A DNA stretch of 63,328 bases, filler included, from Octopus bimaculoides (GCF_001194135.2; 8 parts of 8 records of this genome joined end to end with filler, not necessarily neighbours in it), one strand, 5' to 3'. Positions 1-13,805 are shown, numbered from the whole stretch's first letter. Made by a program: numbers and translations. The notes: generated from the sequence alone by a model not told the origin.

Positions 1-299
1 ATTTGCTATACGTTAGCTTAAAGCTATTGGTGTTGTGATTTCCGTCTCGGATTCCGCTACCAATTCCATTTATTGGCCTCAAGAGCTTTGTGCAAAACAA
101 CAATTGATGCAAGTTGTTCTGTTATTGAATTCTAAAGCCATTTCCTTGCGCCATTGTAAGCGTGTGTTCGACATATACATCCGTACGATGCAGCGTAGAT
201 ATATATACAGACACAGGTATAAATGCACATTCACTAACACATACAACCACATAACAGCGCACACATATATAATGCATAATATACGAATTACACGTTTGC

Positions 300-574
300 A
301 TTAATATGTGCATGCCTGAACGAATGTGTGTGTATGCATAAATGTATGTGTGTATGTATGTATGTATGTATGTATGCGTGAATGCATGTATGTAGGTATA
401 TATATAAATGCAAACATATGCATATGGCACGTAAGACGAGAGAGAGAGTATTTTAAATATGTAGGTGTGCCAAATGATCGGGCATGATATATGCATGTAT
501 GTGTGTACTTAAGTAGAGATTTATGTTTCTGTATATGTACGTATGTATTTATGCATCTATGCATATATACATAC

Positions 575-648
<74 letters not shown>

Positions 649-790
649 TTATATGTATGTGTGTGTATTACGTGCTCGTATAAATGTATGAATATGTTTT
701 CTATTATATACTCGTATATACATATATATGTGTGTATGTGTGTGTATATATATGAATATGTATGTGTGTTTGTATATGTGTATGTATGTA
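300..790. repeat. Compound (TATG)n/(CATA)n/(TA)n/(TG)n microsatellite
   Basis: Directly visible; explains the Tyr/Ile/Val-rich ORFs here. Confidence 0.95.
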
Positions 791-2156
791 TAATTATATA
801 TGCATTTGTAAGCATATTTGTAGGATACATACACGTTGATGTGGTTTCCAGTTTTTATTTAGACAAGAAATTCCGATTGCTACAGTGCTTAGTCTTACTC
901 ATCTGCACATAGAGACAAATATCACTTTCTCTACGAATATTCCTACTTCAACATGTTAAAAACTTTCCAGAATTTTCCCGTTAAGAGAACCCTGAAATAG
1001 ACTTAACAGAAATGATGAATGGATAAATAATTGCTTAGCATATCTTTTCTTCCTTTTCTCTTTTTTTTTTTTTATTTGTTTCAGTCATGAGACTGCGGCC
1101 ATTCTGGAACACAACTTTGAATTTTTAGTCCAATGAATCGATCCTAGCAATTTTTTTAATGCCCGGTACTTNNNNNNNNNNNNNNNNNNNNNNNNNNNNN
1201 NNNNNNNNNNNNNNNNNNNNNNNNNNNNNNNNNNNNNNNNNNNNNNNNNNNNNNNNNNNNNNNNNNNNNNNNNNNNNNNNNNNNNNNNNNNNNNNNNNNN
1301 NNNNNNNNNNNNNNNNNNNNNNNNNNNNNNNNNNNNNNNNNNNNNNNNNNNNNNNNNNNNNNNNNNNNNNNNNNNNNNNNNNNNNNNNNNNNNNNNNNNN
1401 NNNNNNNNNNNNNNNNNNNNNNNNNNNNNNNNNNNNNNNNNNNNNNNNNNNNNNNNNNNNNNNNNNNNNNNNNNNNNNNNNNNNNNNNNNNNNNNNNNNN
1501 NNNNNNNNNNNNNNNNNNNNNNNNNNNNNNNNNNNNNNNNNNNNNNNNNNNNNNNNNNNNNNNNNNNNNNNNNNNNNNNNNNNNNNNNNNNNNNNNNNNN
1601 NNNNNNNNNNNNNNNNNNNNNNNNNNNNNNNNNNNNNNNNNNNNNNNNNNNNNNNNNNNNNNNNNNNNNNNNNNNNNNNNNNNNNNNNNNNNNNNNNNNN
1701 NNNNNNNNNNNNNNNNNNNNNNNNNNNNNNNNNGAACGATTTCACGATTACCAGAATAAAATCCAGCATTCGCTCGTCAGTATAGTATGGTACAGTTATA
1801 TAAAAATAAACACAATCCTTACCTTACCAAAACGAACACTTTATGTATCCGACATAGCAAACGAAATAATGTTTATCTCTATACATCTCTGCAAAAAAGC
1901 GGGAATCTTTTTGAGTTGCTCTCGGTACACGTGTCTAAAACGGAATAAAATCCAGCACTGAATATATTCCGGATATATATTCAATTAATAAATTCAATAA
2001 TGGGATAAAAATCTTTTACAAGAATTTTATCAGGAAGCTAGTGTGTAAAAAATTCATAAGGGAAATTTTCTATTCCCAAGAATATAATTATTCGTTTATA
2101 TTTATATAAGGGCATTACTACAGAATAATGCCACACACTAGTGTGTGACAATTAAT

Positions 2157-2312
2157 TTCAAATTTGGGGGTTGGGGTACGTCTATTTCATCAACACCAAT
2201 GCTCAACTGGTACTTATTTTATCGACCTTTAAAGGATGTAAGGTAAATTTGACCTTAGCAGAATTTGAACCGAGAACATAAAGACGGACCGGATGTCTCT
2301 AAGCAATTTTCC
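2157..2312 (-). mobile_element. tRNA-derived SINE family B, partial
   Basis: Reverse complement of the family core (tcatccttt..ggtcgataaaataagtaccag) and B-box-like GTTCAAATTC; similar to copies at 22010, 39268 and 52140. Confidence 0.75.
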
Positions 2313-4167
2313 TATTCATTATTATTATTAATAATAAAAGAAGAGAAATAAAGACCAGCGCATATATCTGCTATTGACATAATGAGTTTCACGAGATGTA
2401 TGAAACTATATTTCCCCAAAATTTCCTGTATGAATAAAATAAGAGAAAATTAGAATTTGTGTTACTCATGCCTTTTTAGGAGCATGAAAGAGCAGGCGTA
2501 GATTAAGTTGATTTATTACATACCAAAGAATCCAAATCGAGTTTCAGATGCAGATATATGTAGAATTATCTAAATAAATGCGCTTCTATGAATGGGCTAC
2601 TGCTCACACCTTGGAATCTTTTTTACTTCAAAACACATTTCTTGTTTTCTCACCCTTTGTAGACCCACAGTAAGTATGCATTTGAAGAACACAAGATCTG
2701 GATGTCATATACAGATTAGAATGATAAAAAAAAAATGATATTTACATAATTGTTGCCACTAATAAATTACAAGTTATACTTCATTTTTTTAACTACCACT
2801 ATCATCACTCCCTAATCGCCCGTGGTTTTTAAATGCTCGAATTGGGAAACGTGTGACTGCTTGTCTGTTTGTATCAATGCGTGTGTGTCTTCGTTCGCTT
2901 TGTTCCCTATATGGCATTCTTGTTCTTGTTAGTGTCGTCAATGTTGGTTGTAACAATATTGTTTTTGAGTCTTGTTATATGCATGTGTGTATGCATGTAT
3001 GTTTGTATGTATGTGTGTGAATAAAGATACATACGTACACACACATGCATACTTATATATAAATATATGTATACATAAGTCTATAAATGTATGATATGCA
3101 TATATATACGTATATGTACTTGTGTGTTTGTACGTATACATGCGCCTGTGTATGCGTTTGATTGTTTTTCTAGCAATATCTTTTTATGGCCTCCATGTAG
3201 TTTTTCTTGTGTGCTGTTGCTGCTTCTGCTGGTTGCGATTGTATGGTGGTGGTGGTAGTGGTGGTTATTGCAACGGTGGTGCTGTCGGTGGTAGTAATAT
3301 GTTAATCGTGATGACAGTAATGGTGGTAACGCTGGGGATCTTAATGATGGCCGATTTCGTAGCGATAATATTAATTGTGGTGGTAGTACTCGTGTTGACG
3401 GTGGTGGTGGTGGTGGTGGTGGTGGTGGTTGTGGTGACGATGGTAGTGGATGGTTAGGGTGGTTTGGTACAAATTATTTTCTGATATTTTTATCACACAT
3501 AATTTCGCCNNNNNNNNNNNNNNNNNNNNNNNNNNNNNNNNNNNNNNNNNNNNNNNNNNNNNNNNNNNNNNNNNNNNNNNNNNNNNNNNNNNNNNNNNNN
3601 NNNNNNNNNNNNNNNNNNNNNNNNNNNNNNNNNNNNNNNNNNNNNNNNNNNNNNNNNNNNNNNNNNNNNNNNNNNNNNNNNNNNNNNNNNNNNNNNNNNN
3701 NNNNNNNNNNNNNNNNNNNNNNNNNNNNNNNNNNNNNNNNNNNNNNNNNNNNNNNNNNNNNNNNNNNNNNNNNNNNNNNNNNNNNNNNNNNNNNNNNNNN
3801 NNNNNNNNNNNNNNNNNNNNNNNNNNNNNNNNNNNNNNNNNNNNNNNNNNNNNNNNNNNNNNNNNNNNNNNNNNNNNNNNNNNNNNNNNNNNNNNNNNNN
3901 NNNNNNNNNNNNNNNNNNNNNNNNNNNNNNNNNNNNNNNNNNNNNNNNNNNNNNNNNNNNNNNNNNNNNNNNNNNNNNNNNNNNNNNNNNNNNNNNNNNN
4001 NNNNNNNNNNNNNNNNNNNNNNNNNNNNNNNNNNNNNNNNNNNNNNNNNNNNNNNNNNNNNNNNNNNNNNNNNNNNNNNNNNNNNNNNNNNNNNNNNNNN
4101 NNNNNNNNNNNNNNNNNNNNNNNNNNNNNNNNNNNNNNNNNNNNNNNNNNNNNNNNNNNNNNNNNNN

Positions 4168-4189
4168 ATTATCATTATCATTATTAATA

Positions 4190-4220
<31 letters not shown>

Positions 4221-4257
4221 TATCATTATTATTATTATCATTATCATTATTATTATT

Positions 4258-4346
<89 letters not shown>

Positions 4347-4460
4347 TATTATTATTATCATTATTATTATCATTATCATTATTATTATTATTATCATTAT
4401 TATTATTATCATTATTATTATTATTATTACTGTTGTTGTAGTTGTTAGTGTTGTTGCTGC
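4168..4460. repeat. (ATT/ATC)n trinucleotide tract
   Basis: Directly visible next to a gap. Confidence 0.95.
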
Positions 4461-4894
4461 TGCTGTTGTCCTTGCTTTTTTTTTAACCTTTTGTTTCCTT
4501 GTCGTTAATATCAATATTAATGACTTTTTCTTTTTTGTATCATTGCACCGTCACTTTTTTATTATTTACATCAAATTGCAGAGGTTCTTTTTTCCATTCC
4601 ATTTTTGTTTATCTTTCTGTTTGTTTTTTTGTTTTTTCCTCCTCTTTTTGTACACTTTCCATCTTTTTCTAAGGAAATCCATTTTTCAGCAGCTCAATGA
4701 ATTCTTTGATTATCTCATTTCCTTGTCAATTGCACATCAGCACCATGAACTATATCTATATATATACATACATGCACATATATGTATACACACACACATG
4801 TGTATGTGCGCATGTGCGCGTGCGCGTGTGGTGTACTTCGTAAAGAAATCAAAACAGCACTAATTGAACCAGAATCAATTTACTTTAAAAGAAA

Positions 4895-5116
4895 ATAAAT
4901 ATTGGTTTCAAATTTTGGCACAGGGCCAGCAATTGTGGGGGAGCAGGTAAGTTGATTACATCGATCTCAGTGATCAAGTGGTATTTATTTTATCGACTCG
5001 AAAAGATGAAAGGCAAAGTTGAATTCGGCGAAATTTGAACTGAGAACCTGAAGACGGATTAAATACTCCTAGCAGTTTGCCCAGCGTGCTAACAATCTCG
5101 CCAGCTTGTTGCCTTA
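4895..5116 (-). mobile_element. SINE family B, near full length
   Basis: Head (aaggcaacaagctggcgagattgttagc), B box, core and tail all on minus strand. Confidence 0.85.
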
Positions 5117-5674
5117 AGGAAGATGAATATTAAAACATGATCAAAATTAAATCTATCCAATAGAGGCAAGAGCGGCAACTCTAATCCTCAACAAATTTCA
5201 AAGTAGACTTTTAGCCCCGAAATATCAGATGATTAAAAATGGAAATTAGCATGCTATAAAGGAAGAAAAATTTATCTGATTTATAGTAGATCGAGATCCA
5301 AATCAGCGGAGTATATTATTTATCGTAACTACGTGATCCATTATGAACGTATTATTCTATGTATGTATAGTAATGTATATATGAATGTCTATCAACATGA
5401 ATAAATGACCGCAGAAAATTGTCAAGGGACTCCATCTTCACAGAAAATAATTAAGAAGTAAGCGCTAATACATTTAATGTGTATAAGCGCTTAATTTTTA
5501 TCTACTCGGTTATCACATATTCTTGCTCACTACACAAGTTATTAATTCGTGCAGCAGCTATCTGTCAATTTGCCTACCTATCTCCCAGTTCGCTTGTCTA
5601 TCTGCCTATTTGTCTGTATGTCTATCCTTGTATTTCTCTGATTCTCTCTCATTGTATCTCTCCGTCTCTCTCTC

Positions 5675-5878
5675 ACTATCTATCTATCTATCTATCTATC
5701 TGTCTATCTATCTTATCTAATCTATCTATCTATCTATCTATCTTATCTAATCTATCTATCTATTTATCTATCTATCTATATATCTCATCTAATCTGTCTG
5801 TCTATCTATCTATCTATTTATTTATCTATCTATCTATCTATCTATCTTATCTATCTATCTATCTATCCATCTTATCTA

Positions 5879-5919
<41 letters not shown>

Positions 5920-5990
5920 ATCTAATATATCTATCTATCTAATCTAATCTATCTATCTAATCTAATCTATCTATCTATCTACCTGCCTAT
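5675..5990. repeat. (TATC)n microsatellite
   Basis: Directly visible. Confidence 0.95.
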
Positions 5991-6790
5991 CTCTATTTCC
6001 TCATGTTATACGTGTGTGTCTACATTTCTAAAAGTCTGTTTTTTTCTCTGTCACTGTCTGTCCGTCACTCTCTCTCCCTTCATTCCCCTCTTTCCCTTTC
6101 TCTATCCCTCTCTCTTTCTCTCCCCCCTCTCTCTCTCTGAGTGCGTGTGGGTGAGTGTGTGCCTACATGTGCTTACGTGCATGCGCATGTTCGCGCATGC
6201 GTGCTTATTCGGAGGACATGACAGGCAGTACTAAAAATAAATATTTGTATTTGGTGAAGAAAACAGAAGTAAAAAAACGCGGTGTATCTATCATAAAGTG
6301 TGGTAAAAATGGACGTTATTATTTCCATAGTAGTTTACTTTTTAAGTTCATGATGATGATGGTGGTGATGGTGATCTAATGAGAGTAATGCATTCATTTT
6401 TATATCTGGTTCCCATTAGGAAATCCATCCGAAATATTAGATATCTTATTCATTAAGTAATTGAATAATTATCTCCTCTTTGATGAGTGAGAAACGAGGG
6501 TGGGATGAGATGCAGGCCTGAACTTTTTGTCAATACCTCAATCAGTACTACACAATATTAAATCTACACAATCATTCTGCTTCTGTATTCTCACAACTCT
6601 CTCCCCCTCTCTATCTCTCTGTATATATAGTTATAGATATACTTATCTGTTCACATGCAAACAAAGGCGCACGCCTACATACATATACACACATACACAC
6701 AATTTAGTTATGAGCTGCATAAGTAACTAAATATCCGTGTGATTCGTCCAATGCACTTGTCAATCAAACATTTGAACCTATATATATGCA

Positions 6791-6960
6791 CAGGCGCGGC
6801 TGTGTGGTAAGAAAATTGCTTCCCAACCACATGGTTCTGGATTCAGTCCCAGTGCCTGGCAACTTGGGCAAGTGTTTCTCACTATAGCCTCAGGCCGACC
6901 AAAGATTTGTGAGTGGATTTGGTAGATGGAAACTGAAAGAAGCCCGTCGTATATATATGT
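6791..6960 (+). mobile_element. tRNA-derived SINE family A, 5' half
   Basis: A-box-like GGCTGTGTGGT, B-box-like GATTCAGTCCC, then gccttgtgagtggatttggtagacggaaactgaaagaagcccgtcg-like segment shared with many copies. Confidence 0.9.
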
Positions 6961-6987
6961 GCGTGTGTGTGTGTGTTTGTGTGTGCC

Positions 6988-7175
6988 ACTGCAATAACTT
7001 GGAATTCAGAGGCCTACAACTATTTAATATCTTACTCAAAATTTTGAGAGACTTACATGGGATGGGAATAGAAATCTTCAAGAAAAAACTTAATCTCTAG
7101 CTGTCCAGGGTCGCAGTATAACCTACATCACGCCAAAAAGGTCAAAAGACAGCAGCAATATTGAACTACTTCCTT
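6988..7175 (+). mobile_element. CR1/L2-type LINE ORF2 3' remnant
   Basis: Translates HCNNLEFRGLQLFNILLKILRDLHGMGIEIFKKKLNL*, resembling the CR1 ORF2 C-terminus (G.rLFN.Lp..lR.l.g....FK.kLD). Confidence 0.65.
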
Positions 7176-7291
7176 TACCAAAATCCAATTACGAAGGAAT
7201 GCCTATTGAAAAGGTGATAATAATGGCGGCGCCCAAGCATGTCCACAGCCTTTAGGGTGAAACGCTTCAAAGAATAAAAGAGCAAAAGAAC

Positions 7292-7327
<36 letters not shown>

Positions 7328-8237
7328 NNNNNNNNNNNNNNNNNNNNNNNNNNNNNNNNNNNNNNNNNNNNNNNNNNNNNNNNNNNNNNNNNNNNNNNNN
7401 NNNNNNNNNNNNNNNNNNNNNNNNNNNNNNNNNNNNNNNNNNNNNNNNNNNNNNNNNNNNNNNNNNNNNNNNNNNNNNNNNNNNNNNNNNNNNNNNNNNN
7501 NNNNNNNNNNNNNNNNNNNNNNNNNNNNNNNNNNNNNNNNNNNNNNNNNNNNNNNNNNNNNNNNNNNNNNNNNNNNNNNNNNNNNNNNNNNNNNNNNNNN
7601 NNNNNNNNNNNNNNNNNNNNNNNNNNNNNNNNNNNNNNNNNNNNNNNNNNNNNNNNNNNNNNNNNNNNNNNNNNNNNNNNNNNNNNNNNNNNNNNNNNNN
7701 NNNNNNNNNNNNNNNNNNNNNNNNNNNNNNNNNNNNNNNNNNNNNNNNNNNNNNNNNNNNNNNNNNNNNNNNNNNNNNNNNNNNNNNNNNNNNNNNNNNN
7801 NNNNNNNNNNNNNNNNNNNNNNNNNNNNNNNNNNNNNNNNNNNNNNNNNNNNNNNNNNNNNNNNNNNNNNNNNNNNNNNNNNNNNNNNNNNNNNNNNNNN
7901 NNNNNNNNNNNNNNNNNNNNNNNNNNNNNNNNNNNNNNNNNNNNNNNNNNNNNNNNNNNNNNNNNNNNNNNNNNNNNNNNNNNNNNNNNNNNNNNNNNNN
8001 NNNNNNNNNNNNNNNNNNNNNNNNNNNNNNNNNNNNNNNNNNNNNNNNNNNNNNNNNNNNNNNNNNNNNNNNNNNNNNNNNNNNNNNNNNNNNNNNNNNN
8101 NNNNNNNNNNNNNNNNNNNNNNNNNNNNNNNNNNNNNNNNNNNNNNNNNNNNNNNNNNNNNNNNNNNNNNNNNNNNNNNNNNNNNNNNNNNNNNNNNNNN
8201 NNCCCTCGTCGTCGGAGCGGAGGGAGTGCAAGTTAAC

Positions 8238-8275
<38 letters not shown>

Positions 8276-10729
8276 CATTAGAGTGCCGAGTAGTCCGAAC
8301 AGCTTGCAATATGAAGGGCAGGGCAGCAGCTCTGCTAGCGTTGAATCTCTGAGCCAGACAAAGATACAAGGGACTAGGATCAGGAAAGGGCATAATAAAT
8401 ACACTGGAATCGTGGGAGAAGTCCGTTTTGACGAGTACGAGGTGGGGCAAAGCGTTACGTGAGGAGAGTCGTGAGGAGAGTCAACGTATATTTATGAGCT
8501 CAACTGACTTAGATTGATAATGATTATTAACCAGTGCTAATTAATGCTAATGCAGGTTTTGAATTACTATGTAGATGTTTTATTGTATATATTCGTATAC
8601 ACATATATTGTACATATCAACAATGCGCATGCGTATATACAGTCTCGCATACATAGACATATATACTTAAACGTACATACCTGCTCACATGCACTTTAAT
8701 CGGCTATTTTGAAGCAATAAAATTATATTCATATATTAGTTATACTAATGCACATACGCACATACCGAATTGTCTTTATATGTGAGTGACTGCATAAGCG
8801 TGCGTTTTTAGTAAACTTCAGCTAGCACACACACATAATTACATATATATACATACATACACATATGTCGCTCTGATAACCACAGCTCATTGTTTACCTA
8901 CTAATAATTTTATTCCCTCTTATACATTATTGCAACCCTCATCATAGTGCTTTAAAATTTCAAAATTTTAAAGATGTGATATATTGATTTCACATTTTGG
9001 CACAAGGCCAGTAAATTCGAAGAGAGAATAAGTTAATTTCATCGATCCCTGTACTTATTTTATCGACCACAAAAGAATGAAAAGCAAAGTCGACCTCAGC
9101 GGTATTTTTAACTCAAAACAAAGATTTGTGAAGCAATTGAAAGTCCGAGAGTCATCAAATTGCATATTCGTGCATAAGTATTCTTCTGTTCCAAAGCGAG
9201 TTAGTGGATTAGAAGATCAATAGCCTTTTTTACAAATGAATTTTCGAGTTCAAATCCAACTTAAATATTCGTATGTAAACTTTAAAATATTCCACTTGAT
9301 AACTACTAGATATCGAGCTAAGTGAAATAAATAGTAGCACAAAACTGGAAGGAGTTGTAAAATATTATGATTCCTTCATCTAATCGTATATTTCTAGAAA
9401 CTTAAAATCAGTTCAAATATGTTTGAAATATATTTGAATTCGTCAAGGCTTTTCCCTGCAGTTTTTCAGGGTGAAAAACTTCAAGCTTAAGACAAAATAT
9501 ATTAAAACACCATAGCCAAATCAGAGCTTCTTCCATTGGACTAATAGATGCATTTCGAACTTGTTAGTTCTCTTCTTCAGCATCAAATACGAATATATTC
9601 GTACGCGTCTATATGCAGTCAGACAAATGTAGATACGAACCAGCATTGGAACTTCCTCGAATTTATTCGGCCTTCAAATATAGTTGCCTTTTTCCTATGA
9701 ACTATTTCCCTTAAAAAGTATTTTAAAAAAACAAAAACGTATTAGATAATGACTTCGAATTTAGGCACCGGGCTAACTGTCGAGACCATCAAACCCAGGA
9801 CTTGTATAATACTAAATGAAATATATACGAAGAAAGAGACGATGATTGCAAGTGGAGTAGCTTTGATCATAAATCGGCTTGATCGGAGTTGACCCGGGGC
9901 TAGACAACAATAACTGCAACAACAAAAAGCAAATGATTGTTTAGAGACAGCGCTACAAAACATTCCACACAAGAACACGCACATAAAACATTCATATCTT
10001 TATTATAGTAAATTAGTTTGTCTCAACATTAATTATACCTTCGTTATTATGCACATTATACATACCTCATTAAGCTAAAACCATGTATTAACCTATCAGT
10101 CTCTTTTTTACGCAGGAACAGCCTCAGGGTTGTGGCCATGCTAGAGCACCACCATCGTGGAGAGTTTAATAAATAAAATAGTCGGATTCATTGCTCTTAA
10201 CTTCGTCAGACGATGCGATAATCTATATTAGAATGTGTGTGCGTATTATATTTTGTATATCACAATTTATATATTTTTATTGATATGTTTCATTTATATA
10301 TTTCATTGGAGCGATGGGTTGGCAGAGTTACTAGAGTAACGGAGTAAATGCTTTGCTGCATTTTTCTGGCATTTATGTTCTGAGTTCAAATCCGGGTGAG
10401 GTCAACTTTACTTTTCATCCTTCTGGATGAGTAACAGCTAGCTGATGAAGGAACTATGGAACAGCACAAATATTCATACAAAAGGAGTAGGGTTCGATGA
10501 ACTTCTGTCGAAAAGTCTACATGGTAGACAGCTGATAAAAACTGATACAAACACATACCTAGAACTTTAAAAATACCCAAAAGGTGTTGGGCCTTTTAAG
10601 CTAAATCCGGATAAAAGGACTTTAATAAGGTCCTTCATTAATGATAATGCGTCAGACGAGGCAGCTGAATCAGCCGACCCTCTCAAAATTCAAGGTAAGT
10701 GACCTTCTTCCATTTTGTTTCTGCGATAA

Positions 10730-13530
10730 CCATAGTCGTTTTTAGAGTGGGGTATATGCAGTTTTTGTCCTGGGGTCAGCTTGGAAGCGAGGTCACTTGC
10801 TAATCGACCGCAGGTCACTCGATTTAGGTGTGGCTACATTTAGCGAGACAAGGTTTTCTAATGCGCAATCACTAGCACCTATTTTTGATGTCTATGAAAT
10901 ATTCTCATCATGTGGTCAGTCGGGGGCAAGTGGCGGGGTAACAGTACTTTTCAGAAAATCCTTAGATCTGGAAGTAAAGGCAATCTTCTTGAACCCGGGC
11001 AGCAGGTTGGTGGCCTTAGATGTAAACGCTAGCGAAGGTGGCACACTTAGACTGGTGGTCGTTTATACGCCGACGAGGGCTGGAGAGCCAGAATTCTTCA
11101 GGCGTCTAAAACATTCACAGTTTAGTACTAGTAGGGGAATGGCATTGGATTTTAGATGCATAGAAGGACTGTTTAGGGCTAGTACACAGAAAAAGGGAGT
11201 GCAAAAGCCTGGAAAACCAACTAAGAGACTTCCAGTTGTCGGATATGTATCGACTAGATTCATCGGATGTGCCACTGTGGGCATGGAGCAACAACAATGG
11301 GTCATCCAGATTGTATGCAGATAGAGTATTTGTTAGGTCAGAGGATAGGGATAGCGTAGGTTGTCCACAATTTAGATTGGTCGCCGACACAGACCACAAG
11401 TTGTCAAGTTAGATACGACCCGAGACAGGGACCCGGTTACTAGAAGTTAAACGGTTTAATTCCGGCGCGCAAAGACTACAGGGGCGGATTAGCGGCAGCT
11501 GACGGAGGCAATCGCCAACAACCGGTGGCTTGCTGCTCTGAGGAGAGCGATCAGAGCAGAATCGATAGCGTTTAGCAAAGAGTCAGCAAAAAAGGGAATA
11601 GACGAGAGGGTGAACTAGTTAGCAAATTAGAAGGGGCGATTTAAAAGGGCATTGCGACCGATGTGTTAGCGGCGAGAATGACACTTGGCCATTTCTTCGA
11701 AGCGAAACACAAAGGTTGCTTTGTCAGAGCTTAGGCCCGTGCACTCAAACAGGAAGGAACTAAACCTGCTCGATGGGCCCGAACGGTGGATATGAAACCA
11801 TGATCAGGTCTTTGACAGATCGGAATGGGCTCGTGCTACGCAGCTCCGACCAGGTGTGTACGGCTTTTCAGCAACACTTCATCTAGCTGTTTGGAGAGGG
11901 CGATGGGTCGACGAAGATACTATACTTTAGTACGTACCTGGACGGCTTGCCGAGGTTGTCGGCAGCTGATGCGAGGTTATGTAAAAGGCCGATAATAGCC
12001 GCTGAAATTTGGGAGGTGATTAGCGATTGCACAAGTCGCAGATTGCCCGGTGTTGATGGTCTCTCTATGAATTCTATGTGTTCATGCCAGATTCGTTTGG
12101 AGACCACTTGGCAGACGTCTACCGCAACTGGCAACAGATTGGGATAATTTCTAGTGCTGTTAGCAGAGGTGTGGTGACACTGCTAAGGAAGGACGCCGAT
12201 AATGGGATCGTACTAGTGTATTTTGGGCCCATAACTCTACTAAACCCAGTGTTTGAAATTTTGGCCAGGGCGTTCGCGAAAAGGCTGGCGCTTATAGTTG
12301 ATAGCCTGGTCGGAGAAGCGGAAACGTGCGCAATCCCGAGCAGGTCTACCCACGACAACCTCCACCCGATGCTATACATCACAGAGAGCTGGGACCAAAT
12401 CTAGATTCGGGGGTGCTCTGATCAATTTGGATCAATCGAAAGCATTCGATTAAGTCGAACAACGCTACGTGGAAGCCGTCCTGAAAGCAAGCAGTTTCAG
12501 AACCGTTTCCAGAGGATCTTTTGCTGCAATGCACAGCGGCACCTGTTCAGTGGTTAAAATAAACGGCTACTTATCAGAGCCATTTGGCATCGCACGCTCG
12601 GTCAGTCAGTGCTGCCCGCTGTCACCCCTTCTGTACGTATTTGCGCTGGAGCCACTGCTGCCGAAATGGGAACAGCTAATGGCTATCCCTTTCGAACTGA
12701 GACAAGGAAGGGCACTGTTGACATACACGGACGACATCACCGTCAGGGTGTTGGATGCTTCCGAAGTGGAGACAATCGGTCCGCCAGGCCTGCCCTGCTG
12801 TCACTTCTGTATTTATTGGCACTTGAGCCACTGCTGCGGAAGTTGAAGCAGCTAAGGGGCACCCCTTCCGAAGTGATACAAGGAAAGGCAGTGTCGGCAT
12901 ACGAAGACAACGGCACCGTCATGGTGTCGGACGCCTTCCAATTGGAGACGGTCGGTACCATCCTAAATGAATATGAGACGGGTGGGTTTGCGGTTGGGCT
13001 CCTGGAGAGATAGGACGATGCCGCGGGTCGACGCGTCGGACGCTGGACGACGGACCATTTAAACTGCTCGGGGTGTGGTTTGGTCCCGACTTTCAGGTTG
13101 ATAAGAACTGGGACGAGGTGGTGAACAAGGAGGCCAGTCTTATCCAGAAATGGGCTGAGAGGAAGCTATATCTGAAAGGTCGGGGAGATGTGGTGATGCT
13201 TACATTGCCTCCGTTATCATTTACCGCTTGACCGTCGTACATTGTCCCGGTTATTGCTTGACCAGGCTGAAACGTCTCTTATTTAAACTCTTGTGGAAAG
13301 GAATCGTTCTAATGGTCAGCCGGGAAATCTGTTATCAGCATCCTCTGAGTGATAGATTAAGGTTACGCAACGCTCTTAGGTTACACCACCTGCAACGATT
13401 TCCGGACGGTGACTGTGTATAGGCTCCGTTTGTGAGGCTCTTTCCGCAGCTCGTCTCTTTGAATGTGGCACCTAGAATGTGGTCAGGCGCTACCCCCCAT
13501 CCTTAGGATTTGTGGCAAATAAATGAAATC
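10730..13530 (+). mobile_element. Degenerate Tx1/L1-clade LINE ORF2 (APE endonuclease + reverse transcriptase)
   Basis: APE motifs (LGVATFSET, SGGVTVLFRKSL, RLVVVYTP) and RT motifs (PGVDG, GPITLLN, INLDQSKAFD, CPLSPLLY, YTDD, LLGVWFG), broken by stops and frameshifts. Confidence 0.92.
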
Positions 13531-13589
13531 ATCATCATCATCCTCCTCCTCATCATCATCATCATTATTATTTTCTTTTAATGAAAGAT

Positions 13590-13710
13590 GGTCCGTTGTC
13601 TTCTGATGAACCGGGGTCATCACTTGACCCTAGGGTCACAGCAGGTCCTCATCTCATGAAGAGTAGACGGCGTAAAATGTGTGCGAAACCTAGCAACTCT
13701 ATTTTCTGAA

Positions 13711-13712
<2 letters not shown>
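13590..13712 (-). mobile_element. R4/Dong-type RLE LINE extreme 3' fragment
   Basis: Minus strand gives LQKIELLGFAHILRRLL, matching IQKIALLGTAHILRKTL at 58580-58635. Confidence 0.7.
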
Positions 13713-13790
<78 letters not shown>

Positions 13791-13805
13791 CATCATCATT
13801 ATTAC
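13712..13805. repeat. (TTA)n tract
   Basis: Directly visible. Confidence 0.95.

Noticed and set aside
840-1020. LRR-like snippets (LSLTHLHIETN)
   Set aside because: Needs frameshifts and stop read-through to extend; chance-level similarity
1125-1785. ORFs of 200-400 aa filled with X (also at 7175, 16310, 24283, 26158, 35188, 37408, 40802)
   Set aside because: They only span N gaps
8226-8462. 78-aa ORF in a GC-richer stretch
   Set aside because: Starts in a SINE tail and (TG)n; no recognisable motif or splice support
9330-9600. Minus-strand frame FHPEKLQGKALTNSN loosely recalling UCH hydrolases
   Set aside because: Flanked by stops, no splice sites, no catalytic motifs
10601-10700. Perfect AAG|GTAAGT donor after a short open frame
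   Set aside because: Immediately upstream of the Tx1 ORF2, weak acceptor; probably LINE sequence
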